64,000 nt of DNA from contig MU058418.1 in NCBI GenBank assembly GCA_013265495.1, positions 434,001 through 498,000 on the forward strand. The letters are read 5' to 3'. This document shows positions 53,640 to 64,000 of the stretch, piece after piece. Position numbers and translations under genes: made by a program. Position 1 is the stretch's first letter; every line of letters starts with the position of its first letter. The notes below the pieces were generated by a model. It had not been told where the DNA came from. It did not search any database and saw only the letters and a program-made list of their open reading frames with translations. This stretch comes from Vicugna vicugna (lineage: Eukaryota).

Positions 53640-54288
53640 TCTTATGTACCACTCCAGATCCTCTTGGCCCCACAGTGACTGCTGCAGTACTTTGATAGCT
53701 TAGGCACTTGCATTTTGAAGTGTTCTGTTGGAGTTCGGCAGGTGCTCTGGTTGGCTGAGTGGGTCCGTGGATGTGAGTTTTGGTGTATTTGTGGGAGAGG
53801 GTGAGCTACGAGCGTCCTTCTACTCTGCCATCTTGGCCCCTCCTTCCTAGGCACATGCATTTTGAAAGGGCTTGTGGCATATGTCTCCAGCTTCTTGCTC
53901 TGGGACTTCTCTGATATGGCAGCATGGGCTTTGTGTAAATCCTTTCTGCTGCACATATGCATGTGCAAACCAGATGTATAGGGCAATTAACACACTAGGT
54001 CAGTGGAACACGAGAGTTGATGAATACATTCTTTCCCCTTTTGTCCCCTGGGTTAATAGTTATGAAATGTATTTCACATACTCCAAAGAATGTTCTTTAT
54101 GATTGAACACCAGCCTCCCTGAATAGTGGCTAACTCAGTATCACATCATCACATTGGCTCTTCATCCTCCCCAGGTTCATTCCCCTTATCCCCCACTCCT
54201 CCTTCCTGGAATCACATGTCCGATAAACCACCTGCATGCAAATCTTTGTCTCAGATTCTGTTTTCTGGAAAACTCAGGATAAAATACC
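53640..54288 (+). mobile_element. ERVL-type solo LTR hosting a short L1-derived insertion
   Basis: 3' end ATAAACCACCTGCATGCAAATCTTTGTCTCAGATTCTGTTTTCTGG typical of ERVL LTRs; left boundary approximate. Confidence 0.55.
53720..53847 (-). mobile_element. 128-bp insertion resembling the extreme 5' end of an L1 5' UTR, with no poly(A)
   Basis: Reverse complement begins GGAAGGAGGGGCCAAGATGGCAGAGTAGAAGGACG (YY1-type L1 start); flanked by TAGGCAC(T/A)TGCATTTTGAA at 53701-53719 and 53848-53866. Confidence 0.75.
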
Positions 54289-55779
54289 ATGTGTGTTGAA
54301 GTCCACAGTAAAAGATCAGAAATTAATGGGAAGGAATATAAAAAGTTAGAATTTTATAAACATTCATGTTTGTCCCTTTACAGGGAAGCATTAAAGGATT
54401 AAAAAGAAGGTACCAGATTTGTGGTGGTGCAAATATTGGAGAGCTCCTAAAGGTCCACTTCTAAAATTGTCCCGTCAGCCAAAGAATTTCCTAAGCCTCT
54501 TGTGGTAGGGGCAAAGGACAATAGTGGTGGCCATCCAGAAGGAGAAAAAGGGAGGAAATTAAGTGAGGGGTTCAAGAAAAAAAAAAGAAAGGATAAAGAA
54601 TATCCGCTGGCTGCACTCCTTTAAGTGGATCTTGCTGTTTTGAGAGATGTAGAATCCCAGAATTTTAGTTAGAAGGGACCTAGGAGACCCCTTCTAACGA
54701 AATAGTGTAGGGCATGACCTCCAAACAGCTCTCTCAGAGATACTGAGGGTCATGTGTCAGATGTAGATTAGTCTGAACTGGGGGCACCATGATGAGGAGA
54801 GTTCCAGCTCGCTTCTACTCCTGACTTCTAGATGTCTTTGAGTATGTCATGTTAATGTCATCTCTAGGAAATATCTGACTCACGTACTGGGGTGTTGGGA
54901 GCATTTAGTTAAAAATGTGCATGAATGCAAAAAAGAGAAAACAACCCTAAAACTAAGGTCCCCTGTCCCAGAGTCGAGGAAGGGAATTATCAAAACTCTG
55001 CTAGTTTGAAGGTATTGTCTTAACCTTGGGAAATTCCTTGTCATGATCCCTTTCTCACATCCAGGGAAGTAACTAAATCTCTTAGGAGATCCAAGGAGAT
55101 TTACAGATGAGGAAGATGAGGCTAGAGAGGGTAAATGACCTTCTCAAGGTCACTGAGTTGCTTTCATGGCAGAAACAGGGGCACCAGAAACAGGGGCACC
55201 ATCTAAACATGGATTCTAAATTGCACATTTTGTGATCCTCAAGGCAGCCTGGAACTTTTTTTGGCATTATATAAACTCTTTCTGGGGTTATGACCTAGCT
55301 AGGATTTCAGAATGCCCTGCCCCAGGTCACCAAGGAGCTAAGGTACTAACAGGAAATAAGAGGAAATGTCAGCTGCACTTTCCCTTGCTTGTAGAGGGTG
55401 GGTGTGTTTTTGGAATTAACGTAGACTTGACTGAAATGTTTGCTATTAATTATTTGAAGGTATAAATAAAGTTTGGTTAAGAGAAAGAAGCGATGGTGAA
55501 GTTGGTAACTCTTGTTATTCTAGGGACATTCCCAACGCTGACTTCTCAAAGTTCCTGTTAAATTAAGAAGACTTAGTTCATGGACTTGGCCAAGGAGAGT
55601 GGAAATAACGATCGCATTCTATTTTGGGGCTTTTCACTGGTGTTTCCCTCTAAGGCAACTTTGTTCTGAGTGATTAGCAAAGATGGTACCCTTGGCTTCC
55701 TCCCCCTATCCCTGCCCCTACCCTGGGCATTTAACCACCCGGGTACATCTAGTAAGGATTCTGATTTTTGTCCTCCTTA

Positions 55780-56790
55780 TACTGAGACCTAAAGTCAGAC
55801 ATTTCACGCTAGTGAACAACACAGATATGTTCCCTGTCTTAACTGGCTCACGGTCTGGTGGAGGAGACAGACATTAAAAAGAAATCTCAGTGAAGTCTGA
55901 TGATGATCAAGTCCAGAGTGCTTTGGGATCTGACCAGGTTCAAGGTCAGGGAAGGTCTCCCTAGGATGAGGCTTAAGATAAGATATGAAAGAGAGCGCAA
56001 CTGCCCCAGTCAAGGATTTCGAGGTTGTGGGTGAGGAAGCAGTCCGTGGACAGGCTCAGAGCCTGTCCCAAGTAGACAAGCTGAGAGGCTGGCCTGGTCA
56101 CGGGAGATGTGGAAAGGCCATGCTGGGGAGTTCCAACTTCTTGAGGGCAGTGGATGCCTCTGAAGGGTTTTGAGCAGGTGAGAGCAGTGAACAGATTTGT
56201 TTAGAATTCCCCCACATCCAGAGTGGAGGGAATGAGCCAGATGGGAGTGAAATAGGAGGCCACCTGTGGTATGGGCAAGAGGTGTTGGTGGTTTCACTGG
56301 AATGGACAGCAGTAAACTCCATGAGGATGGGCCTAGTACAGCCTAGAACAGTGCCTTGTACATAATTAGACTGGGTAAATTGTTACTGAATGAATGAATA
56401 GATACATTATAAAAATATTTAGGAGGACCTGGTGATTAATCAGAAGATGGGAGGTGAGATGGAGGAAAGAAGCAGGAAAGATGCCAGATTTCTGCAGGGA
56501 TGGGGGGCCAGGACCTGAGATGGGAAACACCGTGAAGGGGCGGATTATGGGGAGGGGTGTGCATGCAGCTTCGGACATGACAAGTTAAGATGCTGGGAGG
56601 CAGTTGGAAATAATCTGAGAAGCAACTGTATTGATTTGGACATCTTCATCTCATGGTGGATGGTAACCAGAGTCATAGGAGTGCATCGATGATATGGCCC
56701 AAGAGGGGTTGGTAGAGAGAAGAGAGGACTCTGAAAGATTGCCAGGGTGTAGCCCCTACCCTTTCCAGAGCCGGGCTGTTTTGGCACGTG
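55780..56790 (-). mobile_element. L2 fragment(s)
   Basis: Purine-rich degenerate L2 motifs (GAAGGGTTTTGAGCAGG, GCTTCGGACATGACAAGTTAAGATGC). Boundaries approximate. Confidence 0.55.
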
Positions 56791-58696
56791 ACGTCTCATC
56801 ACATTCCCAAGTAGGGAATGGAGTGGGTCCCGTTCAGCGAGCCCCTCATCCATTCATTACTCTCATTCATTCATTACTCTCATTCAAGAAATCTAACTGA
56901 GTATTTCAAGATGAGATGATGAAGAGGGAAGTAAATCATCTTTTTGATGGTGTTGCAGGCAGGTTCATCTTGGTTCTTTCAATGCATTTAGTTGAGTGAA
57001 GTTCTCCCCCCTCTTCAGTCTGCTGAAACTGTGGTTCAGGTCATGGAGGGAATAAGGGGGACTGAGGAGGGGGCACAGTACTTGATGTGAAGGCTTTACC
57101 CTTCCCACATGTCCCTTTGACCCCAGTCTCTAGCCTGTCAGTTCCCCTCCCCTAGAAGGGTAGCCCGAGACAGGGCATGCTTCTTGGTGGAACTGCCTGG
57201 GATGCTGAGAGGTGGACTGGCCTGCTGCTCAGTCACAGTGGGGCTGCTTTTACCCCGCTATGTGGGCACCAAGAACACCTGGCTCCTGTGACCCCTGGTG
57301 GTGACAGAGCCCTGGGAGCAAGCCTGGTTTTCCCACAGTCCTCTTCCACTGCATGTTGGCATTTTATGCTGGGGGCAGCCATAGAAAGCTCTTTGAGGAC
57401 TGGGATCATGTCTGTCTTGTTTTCCAGCATAGTTCCAGCCCCTAGTATAGTACCAGGCATAAAATTGAGTAAATAAATGAATTCTTTGTCTACAATTAAG
57501 GTTTCCCCTCTGGGGAGATTTGTCAAGCACTGTGGGGCCCATTAAGTGTAATTAATGGGACAGCCAGATTTCAGAAGGGGAGATGAGCCCTTTGGATAAA
57601 TAGTGGGTAATAGGAATATGTTTCTTGCTCTGATGTCCTATGTAAAGCAGCCTTTGACCCTTCAGTCCTAATGTGCTGCTATTGGTATTTATTTGGAAAT
57701 GATGCTCCTCTATGCAGGGCAGGGGCTTGGAATTGCTTTCCCAGCAGTGATGAATTTGCTGGTGCACACTTTTTGACCTTGCTCCCTTGTCCCTAATCAT
57801 GTACATTTGTTGTCTAGATGCTAGGGCTCAGTGCATGGACTGCACCCACGTAGGAGAGAGAGGTCCGGTGGAAAGCAAACCCATCATTGCAACGTCATTG
57901 TCCCAGCACATCTGAGATTTGACAGAGGGTCAAATCCAGGGCACAGGGATGGAAGACAGGATTTTACGTCAGATTCTTGTCCATGGCAACCACCCAATGA
58001 ATGTGAATTATTCAGTCTGTTAAGAGCAGTATTTCTCTCTCATTGCCTTAGTATTGATCTCTGCCATTTTCTCTGTAGAACTTTACAGGCAAAGGGTTGC
58101 CTTCTCCGGATATAGCAGACACTACAGGATTCAGTGGACCACAGGTGTCTTTGTTCAGTTTGGTGGTGTTTGTTGAGGACTAGTAGGTGTTGGTTAGCAC
58201 ACCCAGGACTGGCCGCATGGCTGCCTGCCCTTTCCTCCTGCCCAGTGCAGACAAAGCTCCTGGCAATGGAAGGTGCAATTTTGGGCAAAAGAAGAGAAAT
58301 CTTTCTGATAAATAATGACCCACATGACAGTGCTCATGCTTCAGTGCTCGTATAGGGCAGTAGGGCAGAACGTACAGGGAGACTTTCTTAGAAATCCAGT
58401 CTTGTGAATTCTCTGAAAGTACCTGTCCATGGTCAAATCTGTGAAATACAGCACATTCTATCTCTCTCTTGAAGATTCCTAACTACACATTGGTGGAACC
58501 AAAAGGTCTTACAATAAAGAGCTGCTTGTTTAGCTTTGTTTAGCCCAGTGTCTTCCATACCTATTTGACCATAGAAGTCTTTAAAAATAACACCCCTTTA
58601 AGTATCCCATGGTACTCGTGTTCTGTGGAGTGTGTTTTGGGAAATGTTGCATAGAGGATTCTGAGTTTTCTTTACTCTTAAGTTCTACCCTCTTCC

Positions 58697-58851
58697 CTTT
58701 TTTTTTTTTAAGCTGTTTATTTTTTTTTATTTGTCTGTTTGGCAGGGAGAGGTAATTAAATTTATTTATTTAATTATGTTTTAAATGGAGCTGCTGGGGA
58801 TTGAACCCAGGACCTCCTGCATGCTAAGCACTTGAGCTATACCCTCCCACC
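58697..58851 (-). mobile_element. tRNA-Ala-derived SINE (Vic-1-like) with a small deletion in the tRNA part
   Basis: GGGGATTGAACCCAGGACCTCCTGCATGCTAAGCA; TSD CTACCCTCTTCC at 58685-58696 and 58852-58863. Confidence 0.87.
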
Positions 58852-60084
58852 CTACCCTCTTCCTTTCTTCTTCTAGCTTCTTGGGGTGAGTACATAGGAA
58901 AGACAGACCCTCTACAGTGAGTACTGAGAAGTGAAGGTTTGTCGAAGAAACTTATAAGAAGTCCCTTCACTGCTTAATCAGTGAAATTATTTTTTAATGT
59001 TAAGGAGCTGCAGGCACACGTGCTTAGTGGTGTCTTGTTAAAGAATCTAGGTTCAGTATGGCATTAAAGAGAGAATGACTGTTTTGTGACTTTATGTGCT
59101 ATCTCCTTTCGTTTTCCTTCTTTGTTCGAATGCTGGGAAAATAAGGGGGAAAGGGACACTGGAAGTAAAGCAAACTCACTTTGAATTTGACTGCAGAGTC
59201 AGTTTTCACAAAGAACTCTTTGGACTTTTCCCTGGTATGCTTTGACTAGAGAAACGGAAATTAATTCTTTGAAATTTGGGTGAGTCACATTCCTACATTA
59301 TGGTAATTGTTTGTCTCATTCTTAAATCCCTCTTTTTTTTTTTTTTCATTTCTACTGTTACTCTATAGGTTTGGAACTTCATCTCCTTTCCTCTCATCCA
59401 TCCATCCATCCTTTTATTCATTCATTCAACATAGTTTAAGTACTGCTGTGTGCTGGGCACTGAACACACAAAGGTGAATGAGTCATGGAGACTACTCCCA
59501 TGCTGCTTACTAAAGCTTCTAAAATGTGGAACAAGACTTCAGTCTTTCTGAATTCTGATCCACCCTGCTGGAGTAACATTTCTCAGCATGTCTCTGATCC
59601 TGTCATGTCCCATGAGAAACATTTGGGAGCTCCTCATTATCTGGGAGCCCCTCCAACCCCAGAGCAAGACGGCAATCAAGGGATTCTTGTTCAGGCCCCA
59701 CCAGCCTCTGTCTAATCTCCTTCTTTTCTCTTCATACAGTTGTGGTCAACTGGGTGACTGCAGGGCTCCTCCTCATCCTTGAGTGTGTCTGCTACTCCCT
59801 GGTTCCTACTGGTCCTTCTGTCCTTTCCCTCCTTCTCTTGAACTTTCCCTCCAAATCTTTCAAGACTCAACAGCTGTGCTCTTGGGGCTCTAACAGATTT
59901 CTGAACCCCTCTCTTACCATATTCTCCCTGTCAGATAACGATTCACACACTTTTCTGTCTGTCCTCTTGGGAGCAGGGCCATGTCCTATTCAATTCAGCA
60001 TTCCTGACCAGCGACCTGCCTAGTGCGGGGGCCTGCACCTGCCTGTAGATGTTTAGTTCATTCTGTAGTCATATCTTTTACAAA

Positions 60085-60170
60085 TATGTGTGTATGATAT
60101 ATATGTATGTGTGTGTATATATGTATGTGTATATATATATCTGTGTAGATATATCATACACACACATATA
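60085..60170. repeat. Degenerate (TA/TG/CA)n simple repeat
   Basis: Alternating purine-pyrimidine tract. Confidence 0.8.
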
Positions 60171-62259
60171 AATAATTTTAGATTGGGTGGAAAAGATCCA
60201 TTGGAAAATTGAAAATTAATTTTAAATTCTGTAATTTTTCTGTCATTTTGTGTATGTGCTCATTCCTCTTACGTTCTGGGATCAAATTTTAGTTTATGTG
60301 TAGCAATTTAGATTCTATTTTGGGGCTAAGTACTACTCTATTTAGAGGGGGTGTGGACTATTTAAATTCTTGAAATCACTTCAAATAATTCTATTTCCAA
60401 AAGAAAAATAGGGATAATTTTAGGTACTACAGAGAGTCATAATTGTGTAGAGCCTCTATCATTTAATTGCATCTCTCCTTTTAATGAGAAATAAGTGCAG
60501 TAAAATTTTATTAATTCAGACTCTATTCTTTGGCAATTTTTGATAGTTCAGTTACCAAGGTGGCAGACATTTTCAGTTGTTACTATGAAACTTTTTAAAA
60601 GAGCAAACTTCTCAGATGCTTAGAAAGATCCACCCATGTGTGGATAGTTGATGTAATAATTACAAAGAATCCCCATCTGTTAATTACAGAATATCTGGCA
60701 GTACAGTGATATATTTGGCAACACCTCGTCAGCTGTTAATTCAAGTTAAGTAATTTTTTAAAAGAATAACTGTAAGTGAAGCTTGTATTAAATCTAATGG
60801 CTTTATTCTTAACTAGTCTGAGTTAATGAAATTAAACCAGTTACTTGGTTGTTCTTTGTATCCAAAGGTAGTGGTTCTATAGATGTCAGCCACTGGGGGG
60901 ATGTGATTAAGAGACTGGGCCTGCTCATCAGGCCTCTCCAGATTGCACAGAGCTGATGCCTACCCTTTTCCTGTGGCTTTAACTGCCAGTAATTGTAAGG
61001 CAGGCTCATTTACGTGGGAAATGTGCCTCCTTTATCTCATATGATCTTCACCGCGGCTAGAGTTAGGGTGGCCATTACTATCCCTTGAGTGACTTGCCCA
61101 CGTCACACAACTAGAAGGGGCAGAATTAGTACTTTGACCAACGTCCTCTGTCTCCATCTCTCCACACTCCATGACACTGTCTTTCAAATAATAGCGACTT
61201 TGGTTCACAAAGCAGTATATATCTGTTACTGCATTTGCTTAAAAAAAGTCACCTTCTTGAGCTGTAATAAGTCAGTCTGCCTGTTGCTTTTCTTTTCTAG
61301 CAATCCCTAGCTAGATGCCATTCCTCCCCTCTCCTTCAACTTCTATTGTGCTTTATAGGCACTCTGAAAATATTTGACATTGTGCTCCAGTATGATCGGG
61401 CAGTGTTTTTTCTGTCCACTCTGCCTTCACTTGGCAGCCCTCAGCTTGCTCTATCTATAGGTCTTAGCAAAGTAGTGACCAGAGGCTTCTTGTGTCCTAG
61501 CCTCTCCCATATCTGCCCTCTACTTTTCTCATTGGAACCCTGTCCCCAGTCCTTCTCCTCGTTCTCTGTGAAAACTTGTTCTCAGAAAGAATCACTCATT
61601 TTAAAGCATAAATCATTATAGACCCTGTGTATGTCGACCCTGTGTATGTGTTTCAGGGAATTTGTTAATGGGACATAAAATGTTTAGCCCAGGAAATTAC
61701 TCTCTAATGGTAGAATTAGATTTTAGTGAGCAACTGAGGATAATTTTTGAAGCGATTCTTATTGACATCTTTGAATCTGGACATGTAAGTAGCCCCCCAC
61801 TTCACCCACATGGAAAGTCAATCTTATCCATGTCCTGCTGTGATTCCACCTCCTTACAAAAGAGAAAGCTGGGAAGAGTATTGCTTGCTTGGGATAGAAT
61901 GACTGCTTCCCAAGATCCAGGTATTATTGGTTCTGTCTCATCATTTAATGTTTAAATGGCACTTGCTGGTGAAAGTTCAGACAGAATGTTTGCAGCAAAT
62001 CCAAGTCTCATTGTTATAAAGAAGTAAAGGCTTGCACTGTGAGCCTTTAACTTGTTTTCTTAACAAAATCAATCAAAATATATTGATTAACACTTCAGCT
62101 GTCTCCTTGAAGACATTTTGACCTTTTTGATTCCATTTTCTTTGTCTATTAGCATGTCGTGGAGCAGTAATCTGTGACAGCTTTTAGTCCTTCGTGTGGA
62201 GGGAAGTCTGTGTGGATGGTGTGTAATCTCACACATTTAGAAAGGCTGTGGTCTTTAAG

Positions 62260-62500
62260 GTGTAGTGGTCAAGAGCTTGGGCTCTGGAGTCAGATGCTTT
62301 CGTCTTCCTCTTGGCTTTGGTATGTACTGCCTGTGTGATTTGGAGTAAATTAACCTCTAAACCTCACTTTCCCCATCTGCACAATGGGGATAATGTTAGT
62401 ACCTGCCTAGGGGAGGGTGGTTGTGATAAGATTAAATGATGGATTTAAAGAACTTTGTGCTGTGCCTGGCACCTACTAAATACTAAATAATGGCTAACAA
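62260..62500 (+). mobile_element. MIR SINE
   Basis: GTGTAGTGGTCAAGAGCTTGGGCTCTGGAGTCAGA...CCCCATCTGCACAATGGGGATAAT...GTGCCTGGCAC. Confidence 0.8.
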
Positions 62501-64000
62501 TAATTATTTTCCTTTTGGTTCAGTGGTCCAAATTTTCTCTGGGTCTCCCTTATGTTTACTTCTGGAACATAGGGAATTGTACAGAAGCTTCTATAGGACT
62601 CTGTAGAGACTTTTAACTTAGACTGCCTTAAAGTTTTTGAAGTTCGGTTATTCCAAGAAGGGCTGCAAAGAAAGCAAACTTTAATCCTAGTTTCTTGCCT
62701 GCCTTCCAGGCCATATCTTTATTCTGCTCTTAAATATAGCTGCTGCAACGAATAGACTGATGGAGTATTACCTGTGGTTTCATTTCATGATGTGTAGAAC
62801 ACACAGGAATCACTTTTGACTGCTTACGACTTGTCTCAAATATAATTCAAGTCTTGAAATGATTATCTGGACATGCATATTCTAGGAACTGTGGGAGGTG
62901 CGAAACATCACCAGCAGATACTTTCACACTTTTTTCCTCAGTCTTGGGTTCTTATGAAAGTTAGGAACAGGTGGTAAATCTACAGTTTAATCACTTGGTC
63001 CATTAAGGCCCTCCTGATTTTCTTTGGGCTCTAGTCAGGTAAGCTAATACACATGTTCATAGCCAATTAAAATGCCCCTAAATGGCATTGACCAGTGGCC
63101 ATCCTTATTGTTAAGTCACCAGATAAGGCAATTTCTCAAAAAGCTCAGCAAGGCATTCCAGAAATACTTGACTTCATACTTCTTTGCACTATGATAAATA
63201 ACAATTTTGATTTTATCTCAAAGTAGTTAATCTAAATCTCTCCTTCTGGGATGTAAAGTAGAATAATGTTCTATAGCTCTTTGAACATTAGATTGGAAAG
63301 AAACCCTAAATGTTTTGTTAATTAAATCCTAAAGAGGTAGTACAATCTTTTCATGATTAATTGAAGCATGCATATTTTGACTGATGCATATTTATATGAT
63401 ATAACCATATGAAAAAGTTATCATGGTATACAGACTATACACTTTGGGAATGTGATTTAATGCTGTAAATATTTTGCATTTGTTTTTGCATTGTTTATTA
63501 TGAAAAATACACAGGCTAATAATGGCTGTAAGGAAAAATCTGTGATGTGAATTTCCTTTGAGGTAATCTCAAGCCTCTAATGGCTCAAACCTTTAGCCTA
63601 AACATAAGAAATCAGGTTTTCCCTAGTTTGATTTAGAAATTTTTTTTTAAATAGATGACGTTTGGAAAGCTAAAGGGTGGAGGTCTTCTATTTTGCTAAT
63701 GTGAAGCATGCACACAATTCCTGGGTTTCAGATAAAAGCAAAAGATGTGGTTGTTGAAATGAACCAATCCCTTTGGCTTTAAGCAAGTCAGAAAAGCTCA
63801 CTTTTCTAGGGGTGCGGTCACACTGTTCAAATTGGGACACCGTGTCATGTCTGGTGGCAGAATTTTGAGCTAGGTCTTTTCTTACAAAATTATTTTTAGT
63901 AATCACAGTTCTTTGTTTCTTAAATATAGTATTAATAAAAATGACTTTTCTGAGACTAGAATACCTGAGATATCTAAAACTCTTTTCTTGAACTTTTGGA

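Noticed and set aside
58790..58851. tRNA-Ala gene (also at 1349, 4165 and 20784)
   Set aside because: Degenerate stems, A-rich tails and TSDs identify these as SINEs.
1349..58851. Orientation bias of the four SINEs (all minus strand)
   Set aside because: Four copies sharing an orientation has a 1 in 8 chance; not significant.
42083..64000. SOBP exon 4 (first FCS zinc finger)
   Set aside because: I found no matching Cys-rich exon by eye; it probably lies beyond the window.
1..64000. CRISPR arrays, operons or other prokaryotic systems
   Set aside because: No regularly spaced repeats or dense coding; all recognisable content is mammalian.

Overview
Mammalian genomic DNA, most likely a camelid, judged from four tRNA-Ala-derived SINEs resembling the camelid Vic-1 family. 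The window holds the CpG-island promoter and the first three coding exons of SOBP (sine oculis-binding protein homolog) on the + strand: 27266-27361, 39964-40102 and 41897-42082. All have GT-AG boundaries and join in frame; intron 3 runs off the right end. The rest is intergenic or intronic DNA rich in L1, L2, MIR, MaLR/ERV LTRs and hAT/Tigger fossils, with a 212-nt assembly gap at the likely TSS. Repeat family names are from recall and were not run through RepeatMasker. No prokaryote-type system is present. The most unusual observations concern retrotransposition mechanics. (1) A young TSD-flanked L1 carries an internal ORF2 deletion and, in its 3' UTR, a perfect 57-bp inverted copy of flanking DNA from about 0.9 kb downstream. 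(2) A 128-bp poly(A)-less insertion consists only of what looks like the extreme 5' end of an L1, flanked by a 19-bp direct repeat. The SOBP leader also shows triplet repeats, a possible non-AUG N-terminal extension and an antisense polyglycine ORF.
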